A stretch of 64,000 bases of DNA, from positions 434,001-498,000 of the forward strand of contig LSRY02000016.1 in NCBI GenBank assembly GCA_001643675.2, written 5' to 3'. The translations under genes were made by a program, and so were the position numbers. Positions 45,001 to 52,564 of this stretch are shown one piece after another. The first letter of the stretch is position 1; every line of letters starts with the position of its first letter. A model generated the notes under the pieces. That model had not been told where the DNA came from. It saw only the letters and a program-made list of their open reading frames with translations, and ran no database searches. This stretch comes from Monocercomonoides exilis PA203 (Eukaryota; Protista; Preaxostyla).

Positions 45001-48000
45001 GATGCTGTGTGTGGAATGATTTGAACTGTTCCTGATGCAGTTGAAGATGAAGAAGAATCAATTGATGATGAAGGAGGTGATGTGATGGTTGAATAAGGCA
45101 CAAATGCTGATGAAGCAGAAAAAGGGGAAGCAGCATTGTTAGGTGATTGAGATAACTGATTAGATGATGATGAAGATGAAGAAGATGATTGAGATGGAGT
45201 GAGGATGTCTGACTGTTGTGCATCAGCTGTTGAAAGAGAGCGCTCTTTCAGATAGAAAGCAGGGTGACTCACTGCACTCACTTCGATGCAGACATCACAG
45301 AGAAGAAGAGGAGAATCGTCTGTTTTCAAAGGGAGTGAAGAGAAAGAAGGGAAGAGAGAGAGAAAGGGGATGGACTGAAGAGAAGCGAGGGTGGATTCAG
45401 CGTTGAGGGTGAAGAGGGCATTGGCGACTTCTGTTTGGTTGCGAGGGAAGAAGCGGTCGGGGACAGGGCGGAAGAGAGCGTTGATGACATCAGGTGTGAG
45501 AGAACCAGAGGAAAGAGAAGAAGAAGAAGCAGAAGAAGAAGGGGCAGTTGGTGAAGTGGAAGAAGAAGAAGAAGAGGATGAGGAGGAGGAGGAGGATGAA
45601 CTGGTTGATGTGGTTGAAGGCTGTGAAGAAGAAGACGAAGAAGACGAAGATGAGGAAGAGGAGGATGATGATGAATTGTTTGAAGACGCCAGCATATTCC
45701 CAGATGGTGCAAGAATATTTCCATCACCTGCATTGTCATCTTCTCCATTTGTGTTAGCAGCAGCATCACTTCCATCAGTCAGAGCACAGGGGCAATATGA
45801 ATGACGATATGCTCTGTTGAATATCGCCTTTGCCAGTGCATCTACTGGCTCTCCAGAGACAGTGAATGAAGGGCAAGGGATGTAAGAGCAAGGGAAAGGG
45901 AATAATGCAATGGACTCTGGGTGATAATAACAGAGAGAGGAGAGGAAGCGGATGGCGAGGATGGCAGAGGAGGAGATGCCGTCGCTGGAGTCCTTCGGAA
46001 GGGACAGCCTCATGCCATTGGCAACAACAGCGTGGATGACAGCAGAAGGGATAGTTTCAGTGAAGGAAGGGTTGGTCGAGTAGATGGCAAAGAGAAGGCC
46101 GATTGTTGCTTTCTCGTCGAAGACAAGGAAAGAGGTGAGGAAGCCGACGTGCTGGGTGAGGTGGAAGGAGACGAAAGGGTTGGAGAATGAGAGAAAGGTC
46201 AGCACAGACAGACAGCTGTGCACAGCACTCAGAATCTCCTGCTTCAGAAGCCTGCGAGCGATGTTCAGTGCTTCGATGGCATCGCTCTCAACACTCTCTG
46301 CTGATGATGAGGATGAGGCTGATGAAGTAGACGAGAATGAATAGTTGCTCATGGGACTTCTTGTTCGTGTTGGCTTTGCTCTCAGCGTGGCCATAGCAGC
46401 AGAGCCAATTGAAGAAGAATAAGAATAAGAAGATGAAGAAGATGATGAAATCCTTCGTGACTGCTCAAACATCGACAAGAAGCGTAGGCAGAACGAGAGA
46501 AGAGCGAGAGGGATGCGGAGGAAGCCAGCGTATGCGAGTGCGTTCTGGAGGCGAATAGAAGGAGCAGTCGACGATGCCCTCTGCACACGAGCTCCATTCC
46601 CAGTCAAATTGAGAGAGGTCAAGAAAGTGAGGAGAGAGAAGAAGAAGAGAACATGGGTGGGCTCCAGATCGGCTGAGAAGGAGGTCAAAAAGGTGTTCAT
46701 TTGAGTGCTCATTGTGTAGAAGAGAGTGGCCAGTGTGTTCAGATGTGCTTCTTGTTGCATCATCTTCGCTGCCAGCTGAGCTGGTGTTAATGCCGGTGGA
46801 ACATCAATGTCTTGTTCTTGTGAGAAGGAAGAGAGAGGAGAAGAGGATGATGCTGATGAAGGAGAGGAAGGAGATGTTGGAGAAGTGGGAGGTGGAGGAG
46901 GAGGAGGAGGGAGCATTGAAGATAAAGATGCATCAACAGCTTCGTCTGGCTGTGCCATTGAAGCCATTTGAGCACTCTGCATCTCCATCTGCCCACTCAC
47001 ACACTGTCTGTTCATCTCAGCTCGCATCTCCTCTACTTCCTCACACACAACTGCACTCAGATTAGCCAGTGCATTCATCAGCTGCATCAGCACACGGGCT
47101 GCTTTGAGGGTGGAGAGGAGGAATTGGGCAGTGCGTGCTGTCTCTCTCGAGATGTGCCACATGTTTGAAGGAGATGACTGGGCAATCAGACGCTGGGCAG
47201 CCGACATCGGGATGGTGCTGAGGGAGAGTAAAGAGGAAGAAGAAGAGGAGGAGGAGGAAGAAGCAGGCAATATAGCTGTATGCATTGAAAATGACATCTT
47301 CTCAGACCGTAACAACTGCTGACTGGCAGAAGCAGAATGAATGAAAGAAGGCGATCCAGCCATGAAAGCATTGCTCTTGCCTATTGTCTTTGGGATATGG
47401 AGTGTGAAGTGGAGGGTGTATGCCTGTGAGAAAGGGTCCAGCGGCAGTTCTGTCTCCGCCGTGCGGTCTTCCACAGCCCCTGTGCTGCTGCCAGAGAGCA
47501 CAGAGGCCATGTCTGATGGCAGCGAGCGATGAGAGGAGGAGCCGTAGGAGAGGCTGGTGACGGACTTGCTCCGGGACTTCGCTGAGCGCACACTCATGTT
47601 GGTGCTTGTGGGCATTCTGCGGTGTCTTCTCATGTCTGAAGATAACGCCTCTCCTCCTCCTACCCCTGCTCCTCCAATTCCTGTTCCTCCTCCACTTCCC
47701 AGTTCTGAATGCTGCCTCTTCATCGAAGCCTCCTGCAGGAATTTCAGCCTGCTCTCCTCTTCCTGTGCTTTCTCTTCCAGCTTCTCCTCAAAACGCAGGC
47801 GATCTGCGCCAACCTCAAATGAGGTGCCCGGCGTGACATCTGCTCCAGTGGCGACGTGGATGAGGAGGCCACAGTGCTTCGGGGGAATGGGCGTGGACAG
47901 CTTGTCCGCGCTGTTTGGAGGGAGGAACGTGAACAGACACAGATTCAATGGCGGATTCTCAGAGAGGACGAAGCGAGGGGAGATGAGCATTGGCGACTCA

Positions 48001-49640
48001 GAAGAAGAAGAAGAAGAAGATGGTGATGATGATGATAATGAAGAAGAAGATGATGAAGTGATGGCTGTTGAATTCAAAGGCAATTTCTCATAAGACGAAG
48101 AATTGGCATTATGAGCATCAGGAAATGAAGACAACGGAGGTGATGAAGAGGCAGAAGGAGCTGAGGATGGCATTGAGCTCAGAATTCCAATGGAAGGCTG
48201 TGGAACAACAGAAGGTACATGGCTGTCCACAGAATACGCTTCTGTCTGTGTCTCCTTCTCTTTTGCCCGAAGAGACTCCATCCCGTAAATATACTCGTCC
48301 TCCGCCTGAAGTGGATCTTCCTCTGTCTGCTCTACTGTGCTGCTGTCATTTCTGCGTCCTGTCTCAACAGCACTGATTGATCTGTCTCTCCCTTTCTCTG
48401 TGATTCCTCCAGCGCTTTGCCCAGCCAGTGCTTGGTAGTCGGAAGGATGCATCGAAAGGAAAAAGCCTGTCAGCGAATGGCGCAGGCAGAACACATCGCC
48501 CCACTTCAGCGACTCTCCGAGCTGATGCATCGAGCTCAGCATGTGCCGCGGGGAGCTCAGCTGGAGCGGATAAACACGATCAACCTCCCAGAACTCGTTC
48601 ACTCCCACATCGTCTTCCAGCGGAAAGGCCTGCTCTTCAGCGCTTGTTTGGAGAAGACGCATCAACGTTGGCGTCTTCTTTGCATACGGAAGCGATCTAA
48701 TGATTGGAACGGATGAAGTGAAGAAAGCTGAAGTTGATGCTGACAAATAAAATGACTCGAGCTCTTTTTCGATAATTGTATCTTGTTGAGCCTCACTTTC
48801 CAAATTTTCACAAACAGGTGCTGCGTATTGTTTCTTTTTTGAAAATGTGTGTGTAATCGAAGAATGTGCTGAGAGAAAGCCCTGAAGCTCCAAATGAGAT
48901 AATCTTATTGGGACTCCACTTAATATTCGTTCGCATGGTCTTTGAAATTGTTCGTCTCCAATTCCCAATAAAGTTTGTGAGGCAAGAGACCCACCGTACC
49001 TATTAATTGTCCACGCAAAACTTGACGTCAGTCCAATTAAAGGAGATGCTTTACCTGAGTTTTCAATACAAGTATCCACAGAACAAGCAACCTGAAGATC
49101 AAGTTGAACTGATACAAGCGAAATCGAATCGCCTAGGATTATAGGATCACCAACAGACCTGTATAAACTGTTTGGCAAAACTCTAAAATATCCTGCAGAA
49201 GAGCCAACTGATAGTTTTGTCCTGCAACTTTGAACAGTTCGAACAAGCGAAAGAAATCTGCTTCCAACAAGAGAACGTAGCATAATAATACTTCCATATA
49301 GTATTGGCTCTCCAAAATGTTTTTGCTCCAACAATTCATTATTTTTTTGCTCTTTAAATAAATTAGCCATTTGAACGGGATCAGAAGATGCAGATATTTT
49401 GCTTGCAGTTTTTTCTTGTTCTGAAAAAATAAATTGAGGACAAGCTTCCCATGCAAACCTTCCTAACAATGCAAATGTTGAAGGTGTTAATTGAGAAAAA
49501 TCTTTATTCGTTAAAATAACAGAAGAAGAATCACTTTCCGACGAAAGAAAAGATGATGCATTAGAAGAAGATATGCTTAACACGAAAAGTTCTCCAAAAC
49601 GCGCAGCTGTAGTTTTGGCGCTTGGTATTTCGTCATTCAT
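33006..49640 (-). CDS. Inositol 1,4,5-trisphosphate-receptor/RyR-superfamily Ca2+-release channel-like protein, 5,544 aa, single ORF
   Basis: N-terminal beta-trefoil/MIR-like motifs (GEPILYGSIIMLRSL, LKWGDVFCLRHSLTGFFL). RIH-associated-like ITGPSISNQ and LALLEG. Six TM helices, S6 MNVFLAIIVDALGDMR, and the C2H2 motif CLICG..FEVHVHHEHN..YIYF. Confidence 0.88.
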   Translation of the reverse strand: MNDEIPSAKTTAARFGELFVLSISSSNASSFLSSESDSSSVILTNKDFSQLTPSTFALLGRFAWEACPQFIFSEQEKTASKISASSDPVQMANLFKEQKNNELLEQKHFGEPILYGSIIMLRSLVGSRFLSLVRTVQSCRTKLSVGSSAGYFRVLPNSLYRSVGDPIILGDSISLVSVQLDLQVACSVDTCIENSGKASPLIGLTSSFAWTINRYGGSLASQTLLGIGDEQFQRPCERILSGVPIRLSHLELQGFLSAHSSITHTFSKKKQYAAPVCENLESEAQQDTIIEKELESFYLSASTSAFFTSSVPIIRSLPYAKKTPTLMRLLQTSAEEQAFPLEDDVGVNEFWEVDRVYPLQLSSPRHMLSSMHQLGESLKWGDVFCLRHSLTGFFLSMHPSDYQALAGQSAGGITEKGRDRSISAVETGRRNDSSTVEQTEEDPLQAEDEYIYGMESLRAKEKETQTEAYSVDSHVPSVVPQPSIGILSSMPSSAPSASSSPPLSSFPDAHNANSSSYEKLPLNSTAITSSSSSSLSSSSPSSSSSSSESPMLISPRFVLSENPPLNLCLFTFLPPNSADKLSTPIPPKHCGLLIHVATGADVTPGTSFEVGADRLRFEEKLEEKAQEEESRLKFLQEASMKRQHSELGSGGGTGIGGAGVGGGEALSSDMRRHRRMPTSTNMSVRSAKSRSKSVTSLSYGSSSHRSLPSDMASVLSGSSTGAVEDRTAETELPLDPFSQAYTLHFTLHIPKTIGKSNAFMAGSPSFIHSASASQQLLRSEKMSFSMHTAILPASSSSSSSSSSLLSLSTIPMSAAQRLIAQSSPSNMWHISRETARTAQFLLSTLKAARVLMQLMNALANLSAVVCEEVEEMRAEMNRQCVSGQMEMQSAQMASMAQPDEAVDASLSSMLPPPPPPPPTSPTSPSSPSSASSSSPLSSFSQEQDIDVPPALTPAQLAAKMMQQEAHLNTLATLFYTMSTQMNTFLTSFSADLEPTHVLFFFSLLTFLTSLNLTGNGARVQRASSTAPSIRLQNALAYAGFLRIPLALLSFCLRFLSMFEQSRRISSSSSSSYSYSSSIGSAAMATLRAKPTRTRSPMSNYSFSSTSSASSSSSAESVESDAIEALNIARRLLKQEILSAVHSCLSVLTFLSFSNPFVSFHLTQHVGFLTSFLVFDEKATIGLLFAIYSTNPSFTETIPSAVIHAVVANGMRLSLPKDSSDGISSSAILAIRFLSSLCYYHPESIALFPFPCSYIPCPSFTVSGEPVDALAKAIFNRAYRHSYCPCALTDGSDAAANTNGEDDNAGDGNILAPSGNMLASSNNSSSSSSSSSSSSSSSSSQPSTTSTSSSSSSSSSSSSSSSTSPTAPSSSASSSSLSSGSLTPDVINALFRPVPDRFFPRNQTEVANALFTLNAESTLASLQSIPFLSLFPSFSSLPLKTDDSPLLLCDVCIEVSAVSHPAFYLKERSLSTADAQQSDILTPSQSSSSSSSSSNQLSQSPNNAASPFSASSAFVPYSTITSPPSSSIDSSSSSTASGTVQIIPHTASRNTTHHTPSMSSSSSSSAFTPHSPVSSSTSSSPHSHTLTGISSCLLPAPQLPSDLTITAPPIQHIPHSILSSIKGIRYTDIFTSTGSDTKSKRSGRKDAANAISASRRKAPCLCAECCRVFARAECNRYDSTQPIVAHLVLRTPCGSMNILSFCDEDSSFHSHIASVAAHTDAAISGAFVSPTGLLPHYLYFSLRLYDVLCSGDMPANTIQTSHRLPPHFLYLVASSPVVPPSTRAVSLSLLRRCIVLASERVVFEGKQTFMIPSPQREKERSLEAILNIHPDSVSNSSNNNSLAASQRGRKPSDVASIASPLEMNALLSPPLLVDGSTDLSGSALVHHRSSSSSASVATSSSSSSFSTGIKTPTASLSPSSLSNLSSLATSTQSHVVTLCLISWLNSFFYSLAVILFGEGSREASQQQNQSNAASVSQTPKSSRHPTLSHVPTPTSTPSSFISPFGNSSSSSSSSSSSFHTSSDRVLSLLKCVPFMENLLEACLLILSLTTTHQCDFSKSDVIERVFAVLSLGMKGITYTVKKRHEKEIKENIRNNNTADAHVKVSHTRQSSKFIEMGGCPSPGLSFSPLSPTASFSSSSSTSSLSPSSTASPSSSRSVSFSLPSPSSSSISESKPFDPSPRGQTPESLSPSARSIGTPIQSQLVLLKRAYFTSILALSSHDRRSKDKYTRSLPKSSFPADQNSSAIASLNRCVYLMESIQSVVTDIQHIWEQQRGEAVLNKIWQLFMRYVAPRTAEIVDVSLITQNNVLFEKLERLLLTAFDKRSAKGAQSALAKQTGKYTDTTASATGTGTSTGSSQSSSLLQFADANTNKLQLQQRLMRSHFTTLATLIKGLRPVTEAGGSDLEKYVKALLRQFQTLMSHHSSREINQMRCVVLDELAEVAVKGLNGKRQESASAGNEDEYSQSSRGEGMSEIQSISGMSLLSGRSEGMAHYSHTRSNSGVEGASFLSYGSNRSKLTTFTATASQHSALTSISAALRFSFSSSSCSAEMLSARIVLRKDSVPRQYLLPLFSSLAVVPALAKTIAGLPYRKSLYTVHHSLNHALLILLRGESLPEASKPNSMTHVAAKAMLHLLFNPKAVQCGAEPLLIRMLRVPDIAASVPLKDVQTACLPLNNSYLSLSNRPALPRVLALLCGSREQPLRRNQEIILRALSQSHSFMQSISVKKEEGWGGLEMGEGDEGDEGFEFGSPTGSTGDLSSANSEGKGHVPSLAHTCLTLFDHIRGEIWSFTGTGIEPDEEGLGDPDGHFNEGYNNVQNEYGSASASSENNSKNASNQHSQIPTSAVVSPLSSSSSSLSSNSTALARQSQLQSTHLVHKFTLDSEREDPSQYLHAGEAALSLFCSYDRNFSDPALDACSGETAFAYLLACIDLMSALCYGEHQEGRLFARRLLPISTLAAFLAPPLVSSLPLPLVMSLWHAVTAVHLSFPFTHLSRPSEILSVISLTSTAIRSQAIASAAVCAILGLGNVPPAVVRVTEGPKMRSGKNNKLGGASVANGNNSNGADNSQSGIVGYDTDDEKFSAPRQRKTDYLVNNNSSLSASSSHLSESGSIQEGEGKTANIIYSHRHLFQPFFDVLSLVPQDNTHIHHTSPLVSLPTASASSSSARTRANSKRFPVFYPLIDDTSSSSGSSSDSSHSYSRSNSSSKKIQRRTKKRNNTNCCGKPQYTPEEECERDWLLIGADEEYFQDRIPPLSIPSEDAFFDPDYQRNSELSSASASSSRNTTGDSKSQRKAANPVVIESMRDSLRILSLLMFECFTPALSAALRLIESHLRQSIPLSTITGCLKRVNSFSASSTSSASASSSSPNAQNIQRNIPQAKHSSSAYLIIPSSEITDQTNPSCPIVNSSFTLSAFTVRAAQPLSIFLRCNPPRDIDGNLPYPLQNYSDWRLKANRSLCDVPETKIIKKNKGDSKSKAKQEKEASNEKPAEAQVDKLIETKMKIFVTDREEDLYRDYAAVDDSTEALGKADEWGEAFGAMFADLRGEQLEEGVRRFGKMLAIQPPPMANGQEEFLEMLAHSPHNVASLTANTAAALTSFPTFDLPPVPLALRRGHTAFSIISEAERSTTTRAALHLAAIIHIPLLCLADLNAYAARLTMSLNPYSPALPRYDIIDAQNPNVLHSYNSVSGNKSEHASTEGEHSAVHSLLYCSDEEADLAWDAVALPYLNHIPRSLPPSFGRLKTLVVDRNALAIQGDSQSSAFSSLSPSVGSRSSMVLSVVSAATTKRFSSYSYSSLDTSLSLFFSSQSSFLLQSVLVPHTQNRVNMANDLMLDCRESMKLRRTMCFGVDNRLRNFLDAIGIPPTADAANEKAESSAQSSFSSTALVSSSNSKTLRKAEFAKPKKGKDKALPAPLPTSSDKWLEMKESERTQLLDDFSTLLSVGVTIEQIGPQLSMQRQMEDENGTFGGASGNPEDSRSGTPAAVSAISGCQPSTSYEDGQQPQVELPQGLLFVPNVTRPQMEEPDEVVEAVDDQDDDMRVLYSPHEDDPEHLPEDNLRTEYHMKLYNALPKQKPNAYRTNELLSVARNELLMKWSMFSSTIQSSLSSRIESESSQFLEELKVASRNPVKLRRLIVQLPVFVLPNNERLVVFLLRAFTNVVESTKGAENRAKLRQKMTRDGCLKGCMLQIASPNMVVACTALTTVLTLLGIKDIGVAEEVVEDESDADKAEKERLKKMKSTKYKKSVRIKPEDEVLFADEGVVDEDESLQLQTDADGEEQANDLESDSEDDVDADVKIRSTSAKEGENGNNGSTMQKGKRSIDSTKNSSNDENKPKDEEKKSGSLFERKRKVNTDFINQVNFEVVHASLSLILHFLRGADWLFLPRLTHSIDQITDKVQKSLLLGNENSWTLNEMLTLENGSKAGHSTSSDAIVDFNEEEANYSARNSISEDSNQQKEQFTERTFIDLSMKFISSLLSNHSRIAQNIFGGFYDAASDSSVGSSEDRASNLNNSRSSSGARPLKGAAACATRLYDAQLRLISMGYYRYLEGKSYNEWVDEDSSEASGDADGLSEASQLSAPIITSLSTPLNLQPMKASPLALVALSPIARAPVHPPHEQKFDLISSLIRHLGVLLPPSRGTQNWVRRMDTARVHISLHTLLLLITGPSISNQLHATECGVLPILNRLFSLSFSFTAPMTTYVSSELIPKSSSTNLLSIKGFLSSAGNLGKATFSKVTSLFSRKSKEELEKEAQAQEEAAALNSQQMTPQAKEDMMLHSHYKLLQSEGIGSLTAMFSPLSAIPLPLSQLDENLQSVLTLASYQTVGEKEFSLFNDAAYLTLALLEGPQRTTQAVAFENAQLGQQIHKTIHTLHCLHTLSLRHPVLSNQSEVAREQSLKTGMQLMKVAAYISAATTKSKVIETEMLEYKTTCPLFSKKLCRVEVVRVYQSDTDDGENYIKESYEEFFNPTHISRGSYKKPSSLASPSPMASSSAESASSVAAKKDAPTGIPLVNGGGAIDDAEQSDKGSVELVFFEKPSLAEEASKAELKQVIDVSWDQEEHTQRLNVLHSKSIGLYQNLAFAHTLNNMKYTKLILNKTLGMLARILSAFVILVINLLLLMLDIDEIPISIRDYLIPILVRILGIVQLVLCAYSSVRFFLMNNLVVFFERMRNYRIAQQCKDRKWELRKQPWYKKVYVAIRCTLSGSLAYVVFQLVITVLGFAVEPYFFCFLVIDFVKDMPILRFMIKAIANNASILSMVGIVILIVIGIFSHFVVGFLPNRMLDEDGGNICESYGTCFLSLLWAVPAGGAEVVGWLLVTSTIDAIFLFLFWAMVPIILMNVFLAIIVDALGDMRSARAATEETKKGMCLICGLSRHDLDKMATGFEVHVHHEHNPNDYIYFFISLLEAKAKDIHAEDKISGTESLQLAYITTEEHPMATKIFPVGQSFSVIRTMREQTKNELIRQQHSKDAKDTTAAAITAESAMRIRNAVVAMSAVKEMQIKLNTLENALQDARQKTQEASRELSSLTSLAQQRSSGLGVSCANGTYA

Positions 49641-49908
49641 TAAAACAATTATTCTGAATACTAAGTTTGGGACAAGAAATATGTGATAAAAAAAGGGACA
49701 AAATCATTCAAGGAAATTATAGATCAGTCGTCTGATATTTTATTGCTGTTTGTGAACTTTATAAACTTTATTGCGCAATAAATTATTGCTTCTAATTATT
49801 AATATTATATTTATTTTGTTTTTTTAACTGTTTTATAACTTTTATTTTATTTTTCAAATGTTTTTGCATTTCGACCTTCTTCGTCAAATACCTTCATAAT
49901 TTTAAAAG

Positions 49909-50319
49909 ATGTCGAATTCATTGGTGTGGGAACTTGTAAAGCGCAACAGTTCATACTTGGTGAAGAGAGATGGAGCTCTTTTTGCAACTGAGCCAGGAAA
50001 TTTGACTTGCCTTAACAGAAAACGTTTCTCAGGCTTGGCAAACAAAAGAGCTGTAAACATCAAATATGCAAAGGGAGGAAAGAAAATTGAAGTGCATTTG
50101 AAAAGAAGACCAGCAAGACGTCATCCCGCAAAAGCATGGAGAGTTAGCAAGATCAAGACAAACAAACACTCTGTTGCAGCTGTGAGAAATATCTTGAAAC
50201 ATGGAGGATACAGACGTGACCTTATTGGTCCAGCAGTTAAACGCGCAAGCATTTTGCTCCGTGCGATGGGTCGTGCTCACGGAAGAAAGATGGCTGCAAA
50301 GAAAACTGAGAAAAAGTAA
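49909..50319 (+). CDS. RPL28: 60S ribosomal protein eL28
   Basis: MSNSLVWELVKRNSSYLVKR, EPGNLT..RFSGLANK and YRRDL..AVKRAS match eL28. Confidence 0.95.
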   Translation: MSNSLVWELVKRNSSYLVKRDGALFATEPGNLTCLNRKRFSGLANKRAVNIKYAKGGKKIEVHLKRRPARRHPAKAWRVSKIKTNKHSVAAVRNILKHGGYRRDLIGPAVKRASILLRAMGRAHGRKMAAKKTEKK

Positions 50320-50543
50320 AAGTTTCATCTCTTCGTTTCAATTCTTATTCTTCCCACATCAAATACTTTGAACACGCAAATGGAAGCAATTTCAAGAAAA
50401 AGAAATAAGTGGTTTCTATCTTTTTTTGAATATAATTTTTTATTTAAATACAAATGTGTTGCGATAAATATCATGATTGAAAAAATAATGGACAACGTAA
50501 AACGTTAACCATTTGATAATAAATATAGAGAAAAAACTGTTTC

Positions 50544-52407
50544 CTATTTTCCAATCTTCTTTCTATCTTCTTCTCCAATTTGGATAGCTGAATACATTTT
50601 GTTGAGTCCAATGCATGTGCGGGTGTTCAATCCTCTGCATGCACGGAGCAAATTCTCCAAGCACTGGCGTTGTTTGAACAGCGAGTTAACAACAGGAACG
50701 CCTTTGGGGAACATTGGAGCCTTGAGCAAGAATCCAAGGATGGCTCCAAGAAGAGGGTGGAACGAGAACATTTCAACACCATCAAGCAGAGAGGACTTGG
50801 ATGATGGGAGTGGCTTCATAGCATCATGTCCCTTTTCTGTCTTGCCAGAGCGCTCTCCGATGCGAATTCTGGTGAACAGTTCAGTAAGAACAACAAGATC
50901 GAGCATCACAGGGATAGCAAGGAGAGAATCTTCGCATGTGTTGTGGAGCACAATGGTGTTCAGTCCTCCCATGCAGATCTCTGAGGAGTATTCGTCCATT
51001 GCTCTCTTTGAATCCTGAACGAAGGGAATGTACTTGATCACGATGCAGTGATCGGGTTGATCCTTCTCGGGATTGGGATACAAAACGGGGTTAGAAAGGA
51101 AAATATCATCAACAACGTGCATTTTTGATGTTTCCTTTGATTTAAATGTTTTTGCTGCAGACAGATTTGCTCCGTCATTGTTTCCAAGATGATTGTAGCT
51201 AACAATGGATCTTGGTTTCAGACCAGATGAAACAAGAAAGTCAGTCAAAACAGACTTAATTTTTGTCTGACCTGTTTTGAAATCTGCACCTGAGATAAAC
51301 ACCTGGTGGCGCAATGCAAGTTCAACAACACCAGGAACCAGTGTGTTTTGAGGTGAGCCGTTGATGAATGGATTTCCTTCCAAAATAGCAGCAACTGCAA
51401 ACATTGTAGAAGGTGAAATTTCTTTCTCGTTGTTCTTAATTCCTTTCAGAAGATTATCTGCAGTATCGTGGATGCCTTCTGTAATCTCTGAGAAACGTTC
51501 TGTGTTGGCTGTCCAGAGAATGACTAATGTGTCCAAATTGTGTTCCTTCTTGAAGTTTCGCATGTCTTCACGAACTTTCTCGAGTTTGGCTTGTTTTGTT
51601 GGAAGTGTAATAACATTGTTTGCACGTTCTTCCTGGTTGGCTGCAACGTAATCTGGATCGTAAATTGATGGAAGTGGGACAATCGGCTGCATGTATTTGT
51701 ACAACTCATTTTGAAGCTCAAAATCAAACACCTGAGCACGACGCATCGCATCACCACTTTGTCATTTTTATTAAAATTAATTATAATTTTAAAAATAATC
51801 AATGATATTCATACAGTGGCATATTATTTATATCCCATCCTCCGATTGCCAAATCAGTTGGTTCAACCATTGGAAGGACATTTTTAAACGGAATGTGAAC
51901 ATCTTTTTCTCCACATTTTCCCAGACGAATCGTTGTGGCTTGAGTAAGTGAACCATAAAAATTGGCCGACATCTCTCCTCGTTTTGTCATCCACTTGACT
52001 TTGTGTTTGTTAGCCATGATCATTCCTGCAAATGACGATCCGTTGTTTCCTCCAAGTCCGACAAGCATTACTCTGGTTTAATTAGCAAGATCAAAAATCA
52101 TTTTATCCAAATGAAAATTTAAATATTAATCACAATTAAATTCATTAAATATAAATAATAGTCAAGATATAATATGCAAACCCAACTTTTGGCACCTTCT
52201 TTTTGGTGCAGAAAACATATTCCTTTGCATAAGGCTTCACAACATATTCCCCAGGAGCGGCTAAAACATAAATAGATTTTTCATTGTTAATTTTCATAAA
52301 AGCACAAGATTCACACGTTCTTCAACATCTGTGCCATGACTAACTAATGAAGAAACAATTAAATCGTCTGTTTCTTGGACAGTAGGTGCAGTAACGTGGA
52401 ATGACAT
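50544..52407 (-). CDS. INO1: L-myo-inositol-1-phosphate synthase, 3 introns
   Basis: [55 protein letters not shown] and CEDSLLA. Exons join in frame from ATG 52407. Confidence 0.95.
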
Positions 52408-52564
52408 TTATTGATCAATTCTACCTTACTCTTAATATTTCGATATTTCAAAATAATTTTATGTTATCAATTTTCACTTCATTTTCACAATAGCATTATT
52501 ATTAACATTTTGCAAATCTTCGAAATTAAGAATAATTTTAAATTCATTGATCAACAGATAAATA

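Noticed and set aside
51265-51300. INO1 motif variants GADFKTGQ and GLGGNNG as loss of function
   Set aside because: These positions vary among MIPS homologs, and all other core motifs and the frame are intact.
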